Source: Octopus vulgaris
Taxonomy: Eukaryota
Direction: 5' to 3'
Assembly (NCBI GenBank): GCA_951406725.2
Contig: OX597835.1
Location: forward strand, 37,820,001 to 37,884,000
DNA length: 64,000 nucleotides
Shown here: one piece after another, positions 52,085 through 64,000 of the stretch
Numbering within the stretch: the first letter of the stretch is position 1
Layout: each line of letters begins with the position of its first letter
Made by a program: the position numbers and the translations under genes
Notes under the pieces: model-generated
Database searches by the model: none
What the model was told of the DNA's origin: nothing
What the model saw: the letters and a program-made list of their open reading frames with translations, nothing else

Positions 52085-52511
52085 TAGTAGTAGTAGTAGT
52101 AGTAGTAGTAGTAGAAGTAGTAGTAGTAGTAGTAGTGGTGGTGGTGTTAGTAGTAGTAGTAGCAGCAGCAGCTGTAGCAGTTGTAGTAGTGGTTTCAATG
52201 GTGGTGGTAGTATTCCTGGTGATAGTGTTGATGATGATGATGATGGTTATGTTTGAGGGGAGGGGCAGGCCTTTCTTGCTTATTTTTATATAGTGTTGTT
52301 TATTGATTTTTCCATTGTTGCTATTGTTGATGTTGCTAATTCATTCCTTATTTCTTAAATTATTGTATTGCCTCCATTGGTCTCTCTTTCTTTCTCTCTT
52401 TCTTTCTTTCATTCTTCTTTTCATATTTGCTTATGGTCGCTTTTGTTTACTTTTTGTTTTGTCTTGTATTCTTTTTTCCTTCACCGTGATTGCATTTTCA
52501 TCCTCTTTCTG

Positions 52512-52544
<33 letters not shown>

Positions 52545-52659
52545 ATATCATGTATGTGTGAGTCTGAGTTTGTGTGTATGTATATCTCTATATCTTTTTG
52601 TTTTCTTTTCTTTCTTCTTTTTCTTCTTCTTCTTCCACTTCTTTCTTCTTCTTCCATTT

Positions 52660-52704
52660 CTTTCTTCTTCTTCTTCTTCTTCTTCTTCTTCTTCTTCTTC
52701 TTCC

Positions 52705-52735
<31 letters not shown>

Positions 52736-53061
52736 CTTCTTCTTCTTCTTCTTCTTCTTCTTCTTCTTCTTCTTCTTCTTCTTCTTCTTCTTCTTCTTCT
52801 TCTTCTTCTTCTTCTTCTTCTTCTTCTTCTTCTTCTTCTTCTTCTTCTTCTTCTTCTTCTTCTTCTTCTTCTTCTTCTTCTTCTTCTTCTTCTTCTTCTT
52901 CTTCTTCTTCTTCTTCTTCTTCTTCTTCTTCTTCTTCTTCTTCTTCTTCTTCTTCTTCTTCTTCTTCTTCTTCTTCTTCTTCTTCTTCTTCTTCTTCTTC
53001 TTCTTCTTCTTCTTCTTCTTCTTCTTCTTCTTCTTCTTCTTCTTCTTCTTCTTCTTCTTCC

Positions 53062-53092
<31 letters not shown>

Positions 53093-53118
53093 CTTCTTCT
53101 TCTTCTTCTTCTTCTTCT
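52660..53118. repeat. (CTT)n, ~150 units, nearly pure
   Basis: Directly visible in the sequence. Confidence 0.95.
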
Positions 53119-53239
53119 CTCCTCCACGTCCTCCTTCTTTTACTGCGGTTGCAGCCACATGCATGTAATTAAGCATACATTTTAGCTTTACTATGTGTGC
53201 TTGTGCATGTGTGTGTGTGTGTGTATAGATGTATATATA

Positions 53240-53635
53240 TATAGTTAATCCAAACATGAAAACTCAAAGAGAAAACACAACGAGAGGACATGGAACAAGT
53301 ATAGTATTATTGGATGCTCAGGAAAGAAGGAAAGAAGGAGGGTTTAATGTTACGAGCGGAGCTCTTCGTCAGAAACATAGGAAAAGGAAAGATCCAAAGA
53401 AGGGAAGACGGAGGAAAAAATCGCCAACGGTACACTTAAGGTCACAGAGAATTCACCAAAAAACACAAGATGAAGACAGGTGGTGTAGACAACAAACAGA
53501 TGTATTAGTATAATGTTCAGGAAGTGAAAAAAAGTCTTTAACATTTCGAGCCTATGCTCTTTCCCAGAAAAGAACACAGAAAGAAACAAGGAGAGAAAAT
53601 AAAGAATGTGTAGCAGCTAACGATCTATCATGACA
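53240..53635 (-). mobile_element. Two tandem decayed HHR-like units
   Basis: Minus strand CTGACGA-agagctccgctc-GTAA-cat-TA (53341-53376) and CTGGGAA-agagcataggctc-GAAA-tgt-TA (53535-53570). Confidence 0.5.
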
Positions 53636-54056
53636 TATATGTTTATAGTAAAAACGATACAGAAGATAGAATAAACTGAAAACTTTATTTATCACATTGA
53701 TTGTTTTGACACATTCTGCACTGCTCCCTCGTGGATGAAATGCTGTACAATGAATTCCAATATTCCCCCACAGTGCAGAAGCATTTCTTCAGGTGATATA
53801 ACTTGATTTCTCATTATATAACTCATGTTTCATTCTTAAGCTTAACTAGAACATGTTGGTAGTAGTTGTTCATTGTTTTTACTATACACAATGTGCTCTC
53901 CGGAGTTCCTAATGTAAATCTAGCTAACGGTTGTGCATTTACCATGGATGGCACCAGGTAGCCATAAACTCTGAACGTGCTTTGCCAGCACACTACTTGG
54001 GACATACTCAAAATGCAGTTTAAATTTCTAAAATTGTATCTAAACTTTAATTATTA

Positions 54057-54087
<31 letters not shown>

Positions 54088-54090
<3 letters not shown>

Positions 54091-54362
54091 TTCAGCAAAA
54101 ATTTAGATTCAAATGAATATGGTACTTAATTTAGATGCACCAGAATTCTGTATGGTGTTATCCATATAAATCCGTGGGGTGATTATAATCAAAATAAGCA
54201 ACAAGAATGATTCCAGTAATTTGGTACGATCGTTTCGTACTACATCATTCTATTAAATGTTGTATTACAACAGTTTGAAAATGCTGAGCACTCATCAGCC
54301 AATTATAGAGGTTTTCCATTAATAAGAAAATGTTCATATCAAGTGGCAACATTATAGAGAAG
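54088..54362 (-). mobile_element. ~275-bp HHR element inserted in (TA)n
   Basis: (TA)n on both sides. Shares sequence with 36820-37165. Confidence 0.7.
54217..54305 (-). ncRNA. Type I hammerhead ribozyme, canonical core
   Basis: Minus strand ttgg-CTGATGA-gtgct...agtac-GAAA-cgatcg-TA-ccaa. G-C pair closes a long stem II; palindromic stem III acgatcgt; GUA site. Confidence 0.85.
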
Positions 54363-54538
54363 GTATATATATATATACACACACACACACACATGATTCC
54401 TTCCACACAAACACACACAAATTCTGGCTTGTGAAGATTTAAGTCACTGGGCTCTACCTGTGGTGAACCCAAGAACAACTTCAGAAGTTTCATTTCGACT
54501 TTATTTACTCGTTAACTGTATTTACTTCATTTAGCCTA

Positions 54539-54570
<32 letters not shown>

Positions 54571-55487
54571 AGAGAGAGAGAGTGAGTGAGTGAGTGAGAG
54601 AGAGAGAGAGAAAGAAAGTAGCTTAAATCAATTCAGAATAATAATTTATATACCATCATTTAATGTACAATATGCAAATGAATAAAGACAGTGCCTGTTG
54701 TTGATAACATCTTACGTAAGATGTTATGTAAATGACTAACCATCTCTCTCTTTCTCTCTCTCTATCTCTCTCTTTATCTCTCCCTCTCCATAGAACAAAA
54801 GAGCCAAATAGAGCTTATGAGCTGATAATGACCTGGTGAAACTAGATGAGTTTATTCTGCAGAGACAGGCTCGTAATTTATGAGACAACATTATGATCAA
54901 TCATTTTACATCCCCTCTCTATACTGGTTTATGCTGTCAGGCTGTAATGGTCCAAGTCAGTTCTTATTCAGAATTAAATAACTACATTCCAAGATGAGTT
55001 AGGATATTACATTGGACTATGGTGTTACATTCTGGTCATGACTTCTGAAGCAGGATTCTATCCCTAACACCTTGAATTTACTTGCTATAATATATACATA
55101 TGTATGTGTGTGTGGGGGAGAGAGAGAGAGAGAAAAAGAAAGAGAGAAAGAGAGAGAAAGAGTGTATGTATGCATGCATGTTTACATTGAAATTGATGAT
55201 GTAATTCTGAGTCAGTTATGAAACAGCTGTAACCACTACTGGAGCATTTAGTGTTTTCAGTTGATTTACTTACATACGTGGTGTGTGTGAAGAGAGAGAA
55301 GAAGGGAGAGAAAGGAAATGGAAGAATTGTGATGTTCAGGACTTACTTAACAAGGGAACTGACTCCCCCTCTGATCCCCATGGCACATTCATGTGTGTTT
55401 GAGTGCTTGCTTGTTGGAGATTCTATGACAGTGATAACAAGAACAAATGGTTATACACACACACATATATATATATTTATATATATT

Positions 55488-55516
<29 letters not shown>

Positions 55517-55518
<2 letters not shown>

Positions 55519-55741
55519 TTCTTTATTGCCCACAAGGGGCTAAACATAGAGGGGACAAACAAGGACAGACAAAGGGATTAAGTCGATTACATCAACTCCA
55601 GTGCGTTACTGGTACTTAATTTTATCGACCCCGAAAGGATGAACAGCAAAGTCGACCTCGGCGGGATTTGAACTCACAGCATAACGGCAGACGAAATACG
55701 GCTACGCATTTCACCTGGTGTGCTAATGTTTCTGCCAGCTC
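55517..55741 (-). mobile_element. SINE family C
   Basis: Homologous to 47537-47768. Confidence 0.85.
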
Positions 55742-55754
55742 ATATATATATATA

Positions 55755-56040
55755 TATAAGGGGTAAAGACCCTCTTTGGTCAGAAAGTCCCCGTCTGAGG
55801 CACAAGTCCAGGCAAGATTGTTTATGGAAGACCAGTAGTCACCCATGCATACCATCCTTCCCTCTCCACACCACCGATGTTATCCAAGGGAGGCAAAGGC
55901 TGATACAGCTTGGCACCAGTGATGTCGCACTCACAGCTGAGTGAACTGGAGCAACATGAAATAAAGTGTCTTGTTTAAGATCACAACACAAAACCTAATA
56001 GTTGTGTGCCCAATGTTCTAATCACTGAACCATATGCTTA
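55755..56040 (-). mobile_element. CORE-like SINE, long variant
   Basis: Homologous to 60770-61120. Confidence 0.7.
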
Positions 56041-56076
56041 TACACACACACACACACACTCACACACACACACACA

Positions 56077-56118
<42 letters not shown>

Positions 56119-56144
56119 CACACACACACACACATATATGTCAA

Positions 56145-56510
56145 CAGGCCTGGCTGCATGTTACAAAGCTTGCTCCCCAACTACATGGTTCCAGGTTCAG
56201 TCCCACAGCATGACATCTTACATATGTCTTCTCCTGTAGTCTTGAGCCAACCAAAGTCTCATGAGTGGATTTGGTAGATGGAAACTGTAAGAAGCCTGTC
56301 ATATATATCTATATATATATATATGTTTGTGTGTCTGTGTTTGTCCCCAACATCACTTGACAACTGATGTTGGTGTGTTTATGTCCCTCTAACCTAGCAG
56401 TTTGGCAAAAGAGACCAATAGATTAAGTAGTACACTTAAAAAAGAATAAGTTCTGGGGTTGTTCCATTTGACTAAAGGTAGCACTCCAGCATGGCCACAG
56501 TCAAATGACA
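56145..56510 (+). mobile_element. SINE family A
   Basis: Collinear with 4532-4940. Confidence 0.8.
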
Positions 56511-56537
56511 ATAAATATATATATATAATATATATAA

Positions 56538-56581
<44 letters not shown>

Positions 56582-56690
56582 CATCATCATCATCATCATC
56601 ATTTAGCGTCGTGATGATGATGATGATGATGATATATATATATGATATATATTATATATATATATTATATGTATTATATGTATTATATAT

Positions 56691-56741
<51 letters not shown>

Positions 56742-56743
56742 AC

Positions 56744-56790
<47 letters not shown>

Positions 56791-57420
56791 TCTGACTGGA
56801 CTGGTGCAGCTTTCGGGCTCCCCAGACCCCAGTTGAACCGTCCAACCCATGCTAGCATGGAAAGCGGACGTTAAATGATGATGATGATGATGATATATAT
56901 ATATATTTATATTTATATTTATATATGTATGTATACATATACATATGTAGACATATGCATATAAGTACAAGCACACACACACACATATTATGTGTGTGTT
57001 TGTGTGTGTGTGTGTGTGTGTATTTGATTGTGAGTGTGTCTGTGTGTCTTTTACCAAATTTCTTTATTTCCTCTGTTTTTGCTTTTGTGTTCTCTGATTT
57101 TTTTCTTGTCTTTTTGTCTCCAGCCACTTTCCATTGTTATCTTTAATTTCATTTCCTGTCATCTAAAAGTTCTGATGTCCCTCTTTCCCCGTAGCCCGCA
57201 CCTCACCTGTCTACCAATCTACCTTCGTTTCATACCTTATGTATTTTGACTCATTTCCATATGGTTGCGTTCTTTCATGTTAGGATTAGAGGAATTATGA
57301 GAGAGAGACAGAGAGATAAAGAGAGACAGAGAGACAGAGAGAGAAGTTGGAGAGAAGAAGAGAAGGATTGAGATATCAAGGAAGAAAGAGAAAGATAGAT
57401 AGACAAAAAGGAAGACGAAC

Positions 57421-57453
<33 letters not shown>

Positions 57454-57944
57454 AAGAGAGAGAGAAAGAGAGGGAGACAGAGAAAGAGAGAGCGAGAGAG
57501 AGAGAGGTTGGAGAGAAGAAGAGAAGGATAGAGATAACTAGGGAGAAAGAGAGAGAGATAGATAAAAAGGAAGACGAACAGTGAGAGAGAGAGAGGGAGA
57601 GATGTAAATGGAGAGAAAGAGGGAGATAGGTAGAGATAGAGAGAGGGAGAGACAGAAAAGAATGAGAGAAAGAAAGAGAGAGGCTGTAGATACATAGAAT
57701 GCATAAGAAAGACATATATAGAAAAAATATATATTATAATAGAAAAAAAAAATGAAATAAAATATGAACAGAAAAAGAGATAAGGAGAAAGAATAAGACA
57801 GAGAGCGAATGAGAGAGAGAGAGGGAGAATGAGAGAGAGAGAGAGAGAGAGTGAGAGATATGTCGGTTGAATTGCATATTAAAATGGCCAATAGCCAAAT
57901 TGATGTCCCAAATCAGAAAACATATACATACATATGTATATATG

Positions 57945-57989
<45 letters not shown>

Positions 57990-58238
57990 ATACATACCTA
58001 TTCATATATATATACATACACATACATATATACATATGTATGTATATATATATATAGTAAAGATATATACATATATTTATATATATATACATATATATGA
58101 ATATATATATAAATATATGTATATATCTTTACTATATATATATATAGATAGATATACATATATATATATGTATGTGTATGTATATATATGTGTGTATATA
58201 TATATTTATATATATATATACATATATTTATATATATG

Positions 58239-58288
<50 letters not shown>

Positions 58289-58604
58289 CACATACATGTA
58301 TACCTACATAGGTGTGTGTGAGTGTGTGTGTGTGTGTACGTGTACAAATATATGTAGAGAGATAGAGAAATATGTATATCCTGGTGGAATATTCAAGCAA
58401 GAGATAATGTTTCCATTCTGTCAAAGACATTTGGATTTCTCGGCGCTGTCCATCAACCTCCGCAATAACCGGAATTACTCTCTCAGCATCTTTTTGAATA
58501 TGTCCAGCATGGAACTAATTTTCTAATTCAGTCACAGTTCACCGATTCTGGGAGACCGGAAGAAGAGGGTGAAGGAGGAGGAGGAGGAGGAGGAGGAGGA
58601 GGAG

Positions 58605-59041
58605 GAGAAGAAGATGAAGAAGAAGAAGAAGAAGAAGAAGAAGAAGAAGAAGAAGAAGAAGAAGAAGAAGAAGAAGAAGAAGAAGAAGAAGAAGAAGAAG
58701 AAGAAGAAGAAGAAGAAGAAGAAGAAGAAGAAGAAAGAGAAGAAGAAGAAGAAGAAGAAGAAGAAAGAAGAGAAGAAGAAGAAGAAGAAGAAGAAGAAGA
58801 AGAAGAAGAAGAAGAAGAAGAAGAAGAAGAAAAGAAGAAGAAGAAGAAGAAGAAGAAGAAGAAGAAGAAGAAGAAGAAGAAGAAGAAGAAGAAGAAGAAG
58901 AAGAAGAAGAAGAAGAAGAAGAAGAAGAAGAAGAAGAAGAAGAAGAAGAAGAAGAAGAAGAAGAAGAAGAAGAAGAAGAAGAAGAAGAAGAAGAAGAAGA
59001 AGAAGAAGAAGAAGAAGAAGAAGAAGAAGAAGAAGAAGAAG
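58605..59041. repeat. (GAA)n, ~140 units, preceded by (GGA)n
   Basis: Directly visible in the sequence. Confidence 0.95.
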
Positions 59042-59406
59042 GAAATAGATGGTCTAGTTCCTGCTGTTGGTTGTGATGCTGGTGGTAGTGATGATGCGTG
59101 TGTTGTGTGTGTGTGCATTTATTGAAAGAACATTTCCACTGAGGCTAAAGAACTAGGATCGGATTCAGGCTAATTGCGTAATAGGTGTGTCAGTGGGAGT
59201 GGCAGATATGGCAAACGAATTGAACCTCACCTCTACGTGTTGTTTTCTTTAATCCTTTGATACCCATGTACATCTTTACACAACCAAATTGGTATGGCAT
59301 TGATAGATTGGTTGGTTGGCTGGTCGGTTGGTTGGACTTGGTAGCAAAACTGTGGATACATCTCTTCCTGGAATATATGAGTTTGTGTATGTTGTATATG
59401 CATATT

Positions 59407-60321
59407 TCTATATATATAAAACTGTAGTTGTGTGAGTGTCTGTCCCATTCGATATAGATTCCTAACTACTCCCACATTTTGCGGTGCAGTTTAACCAAAT
59501 TCGGGTATCTTATAGTCATGATTCATATCGAGCCCGTCTGAGTATTAGTGCGCGTCTACGATGAATCTACGATTTAAAAAATAATTTAACATCATTTTTT
59601 ATTCCATTTTAATGCATATTTTTTCGTGTGTCGATGGCGGCGGAGTTGGTGTCCATGGTCACACCTGCACCTGTTTGCTTCTCCCCCTTCTTCCCTCCCT
59701 CGTGAAGCTGTGGGGAAGGGAGTGTAAGGAAATCAACGTCGTAATGCATTGTCAAGGAGACCAGCGTTCTTTTAGAACAACGACTTCATGGCTTGAAGTC
59801 GCCAAAACAGAAATCGCTAAAAAAGCTGAAACAGATCCACAAAAACGGCAATTACCGCCACACAGGGCAGGTTTCCTGTGCAAACAATTTACACAACCGA
59901 ATGTTTTAGTTGTTGCACAAATCTTTATATATAAAAGTAAGGTTGTATGTCTGTCTCCTACGATTTAGATTCCTAACTACTCCCACATTTTGCGGTGCAG
60001 TGTAACCAAAACCGGGTATCTTATAGTCGTGATTCATATCGAGCCCTTCTGGGTATTAGCGCGCATCTACGATGAGTCTACGATTTAAAAAATAATTTAC
60101 CATCATTTTTTATTCCATTTTAATGCATTTTTCGCTATTATATAAGAGAAGTAACTCTCTAAAAATGTCTACGATGAGTCTACGATTTAAAAAAAAAGTT
60201 ACCATCATTTTTTATTCCATTTTTGAATGCATTTTTTGCTATTTTTTTGCTATAACTCACTAAAAATGCTTATATAGTTATTTCCCTTACACACCCGAGC
60301 AACGCCGGGCGATACTGCTAG
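59407..60321 (+). mobile_element. Composite non-autonomous Helitron with two 5' modules
   Basis: TCTATATATATAAAA at 59407 and A|TCTTTATATATAAAAG at 59922, each followed by the same ~200-bp module (also at 11710-11935, minus). 3' cccgagcaacgccggg hairpin and CTAG|T at 60321. Confidence 0.85.
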
Positions 60322-60491
60322 TATATATATATATATATATGCATATATAATAATAATATTAGGGAGTAAATCCAAACTTACAGGGAAAAATTAGATTTAG
60401 GATTAAATCTAGTTTTACAGTATAATAGTGGTTTTATCTCTAATTTAATTTATATATATACATATATATATATATACACATACATACCTAC

Positions 60492-60526
<35 letters not shown>

Positions 60527-60536
60527 TATATGCATC

Positions 60537-60568
<32 letters not shown>

Positions 60569-60574
60569 TATACA

Positions 60575-60640
<66 letters not shown>

Positions 60641-60769
60641 GAGACATACACACATGCATGCATATGTATTGTGCACTCACCTATTGTTGATAACAAATGA
60701 ACATTCTATAATTTCTTAATTTCTTGTTGAACAACCTGGTCAGATGATTTTGTTTGTGGTAATCAGATG

Positions 60770-61120
60770 TAAAGGGTAAAGAGTAAAAAGACCCCCTTCA
60801 GTTATGAATGACCATGGGATTACACCTAGAATGTTCCCCTTCGGGGCACAAGTCCTGGCAAGTTTGTTTGTGGAAGACCAGCAGTCATTCACGCATACCA
60901 GCCTCCCCTCTCCATGCCACTGATGTTATCTAAGGGAAAGGCAAAGGCTGATACAGCTTGGCACCAGTGATGTCGCAACTCATTTCTACAGTTGAGTGAA
61001 CTGGAGCAATGTGAAATAAAGTGTCTTGCTCAAGAACACAACACAGCTTGGTCCAGGAATCGAACTCACCACCTCATGACTGTGAGTCTGACACTCTAAC
61101 CACTGACCTATGCACCTTCA
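60770..61120 (-). mobile_element. CORE-like SINE, long variant
   Basis: tRNA-like head near 61120; body shared with 55755-56040. Confidence 0.7.
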
Positions 61121-61142
61121 CAATCAAATACATTTGTTGTAT

Positions 61143-61545
61143 ATTCTTTTCTACCCTTGGCGCAAGGCCTGAATTTTGGGGGGAGGAGTGGGCATTCGAT
61201 TACATTGACCCAGTATGTAACTGGTACATAATTAATCAATCCCAAAATGATGAAAGGCAAAGTCGACCGCGGCAGAATTTGAACTCATAACATAAGGACA
61301 GACAAAATACCTATTTCTTTATTGCCCACAAGGGGTTAAACACAGAGGGGACAAACAAGGACAGACAAAGGGATTAAGTCGATTATATCAACTCCAGTGT
61401 GTAACTGGTACTTAATTTATTGACCCCGAAAGGACGAAAGGCAAAGTCGACCTCGGCGGAATTTGAACTCAGAACGTAGCGACAGATGAAATACCGCTCA
61501 ACATTTCGCCCGACGTGCTAACGATTCTGCCAGCTTGTCGCCTTG
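61143..61545 (-). mobile_element. SINE family C, partial dimer
   Basis: Full unit at 61310-61545 plus a partial unit at 61143-61310. Flanks atttgttgtat / atttgctgtat. Confidence 0.75.
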
Positions 61546-62929
61546 TATTTGCTGTATGTTAGCTCATTCCCTCCATCACCTGCCCAGGTTCATGAAGTGT
61601 CATGTGTCAGATGTCAAAATAATTGTCTAGCAATGTGAAATGAAGTATTTTGCTCAAGAAAGCGACACACTGCATGGGCTGGGAATTGGAAACACAATCG
61701 AGCAGTTGCGAGTTCAACATCTGAACCAGTAGGCCATGACTGGAGCCCCTCCATAGATGAAAACTAGCTCAGTCCTTGCTGCCTCAGTCAGGTGAAGCAT
61801 ATTCCAGTGAGGTGAAGTTACACCCTATTCTGTGAGTAACTTTGAAAAGGACCAGTTACTAGATGCTATGATTTGTCTTTAGCCCCTCCACCTAATTCCA
61901 GCAATTGATTTTGTGTGCCAGAGATGCTTTGGGCCTCCACGAGAGCTACCTCTGGTTTTGTCCCTACCAAGCCTAGATCACCATCTTTCGAAACTCTAGT
62001 TACCTGCAACACCTGAGTCAGAGTGGACACATCCAGCCAGAACTTTCAAGCCAGGCTCATGGACCCAACCTAGGAACGATGCTTTGAGGCATCACTCCAG
62101 AGCACCATAAGCATATCAGAGGCATAGCAACATGGCACATTCTCACTTTTGCTGTGCCTTTGGAGTTCATGAAGAATCCAATGACCTAGAATCAAGTGGA
62201 AGTTCTTTGTCCATGTCGACTAACTTTTCGGTAACTTTTTCCTTGTGCTTTTTATCTGCAGAGTAAACATTTAGTTTTGTTTCAATCTGTAGAAAATATA
62301 TCACTTAAAGTTTATGCTCACTTTCTAAATCCATCAAACGTCTTAAGCGAACAAAAAAATAAAACCAAAGACAAAATGCTATAATTATTAAATTTACTCA
62401 GCAAATAAATGAAAAAGAACAAAAAAAGCAAAAAAAAAAATAATAACTTTTAAATATGGAATCCACGAAAATGCAGTTAAAAGATAACAATAATTTAAAT
62501 TAGGAAAGAGAAAAATATAATAAAAAAAAGCAAATTATAAGCAATGCTTATTAAATAGTCTGCTAGTTTATGATTTTAATATTCAAAACAAAGTGTTAAA
62601 TTCTTGCTGCAATATCTTTAACTTTCTCTTCTGTGTTATGGAATTTCAGTGCCAATGAAAATGTTGGATGACTATTTCTTCATTTCTGTCATTGTTTCAC
62701 AGTTTTGTCTTTTGTTTCTTTTTCTTTTACTTTCCAGATTTCTAAAAGTTTTTAGGTTATAGAATGGAAATTTTCTGTCTTTGGAATTTTTTTTTTTTTC
62801 ATATTTTATGAAACATAATATATATCATCATAATCATCATCATCATCATTTTAATAATCATCATTATCATAATCATGATCGTCATCATCATCCTCATCTT
62901 TTTAATGTACACTTTTCCATGCATGCATA

Positions 62930-63200
62930 TCATCATCATCACCGTTTAACGTCTGCTTTCCATGCTAGCATGAGTTGGATGATTTTGACTGAGGGCTGGC
63001 GAACCAGATGGCTGCACCAGGCTCCAATCTTGATTTGGTAAAGTTTCTACAGCTGGATGCCCTTCCTAACGCCAACCACTCCAAGAGTGTAGTGGGTACT
63101 TTTTACGTGCCACCGGCACGGGGGCCAGTCAGGTGGTACTGGCAACGACCTTACTCGAATCTTTTTACACATGCCACCAGCACAGGTGCCAGTTAGGTGA
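62930..63200 (-). mobile_element. RTE LINE 3' UTR
   Basis: Homologous to 45575-45840. Confidence 0.8.
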
Positions 63201-63299
63201 TGTTGGATGAAATTTGTTGAGGCAAATTTTCTACAACTGAATGTCCTTCCTGTGGCGAACCCTCGTCTGTTTCCAAGCGAAGTAATATTTCCCCAGGGC

Positions 63300-63520
63300 T
63301 ATGAACTGGCAGAATTGTTAGAATGCTGAGCAAAATGCTTGGCGGTATTTCGTCTGTCTTCACATCTTCACATTCTGAGTTCAAATTCTACTGAGGTCGA
63401 CGTTGCCTTTTATTCTTTTGGGGGTCGATAAAATAAGTACCAGTTTAATACTGGGGTCAATGTAATTGACTTACCCCCTCTCCCCTAAATTGCTTCCCTT
63501 GTGTCAAAGTTTGAAATCAA
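63300..63520 (+). mobile_element. SINE family C, diverged
   Basis: aactggcagaattgttag...gagttcaaattc...ggggtcgataaaataagtaccag. Confidence 0.75.
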
Positions 63521-63575
63521 GATATCCCCATGGCTAGACATGTCTTGAAAGACTGGAAATGGAGGACGCTTGCAT

Positions 63576-63611
<36 letters not shown>

Positions 63612-63757
63612 ATGGGCTTCTTTCAGTTTCTGTCTACCAAACCCACTCGCAAGGATATTATAGAAGACACCTGCCCTAGATGACATGCAGTGGGACTGAA
63701 CCTAAAGCCATGTGGCCGGGAAGCAAACCTTCTACCACACGACCACATTTGCACCTA
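63612..63757 (-). mobile_element. SINE family A, 5' half
   Basis: Reverse complement of 4532-4695. Similar half-copy at 37627-37783. Confidence 0.7.
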
Positions 63758-64000
63758 TTGCATGAATAAAGAATTTGAATAGTTTTTAGCTAAGTATTTA
63801 CACGATGGATAAAAATTAAAAACACGACAATTAATTTTCCCCAAAATTTATTTAGCGTGACAACGAATTTGGTGACAATGTGTTGGCTTGTTATGTAATT
63901 ACCTTGCAATGAAATTACAGGTGATATATTTAACACCTTGGAATTAATTTTCTGCAATGAATTTAATTTAATTGAATGAATTTATGGTAAACTTGAGCAA

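Noticed and set aside
58375-58560. Unique, coding-like island beside the GAA tract
   Set aside because: Most frames contain stops, the longest open frame has no recognisable motif, and there is no convincing splice-site pair.

Overview
AT-rich eukaryotic genomic DNA saturated with microsatellites. The SINE and LINE content looks like an octopus (coleoid cephalopod) genome, which is my inference from recognising the repeats. Almost every ORF in the supplied track is a microsatellite artefact. I found one convincing host coding exon, 19283-19466 (+), a HEAT-repeat segment resembling HEATR4, so most of the window is probably very long introns of that gene. The rest is nested mobile DNA: at least four tRNA-derived SINE families (my labels A, C, D and CORE-like), RTE, CR1/L2 and R4/Dong-like LINE 3' ends, a decayed Penelope-like GIY-YIG fragment, three Helitrons (one with a Pif1 helicase fragment), a full-length DD36E Tc1-like transposon, mariner relics and a hAT-like MITE. 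The most interesting signal is a set of sequence-diverse type I hammerhead ribozyme (HHR) motifs. Two have fully canonical cores (8122-8196 and 54217-54305), two are near-canonical (14645-14694 and 19851-19912) and several are decayed. They lie in short units, mostly inserted in (TA)n tracts, arranged as partial tandem repeats (359 and 478 bp periods) or as long fold-back inverted repeats. This fits Penelope pseudo-LTRs or retrozyme-like circular-RNA elements. Coordinates were read by eye, so ends of decayed repeats are approximate. Family names come from motif recognition, not database searches.
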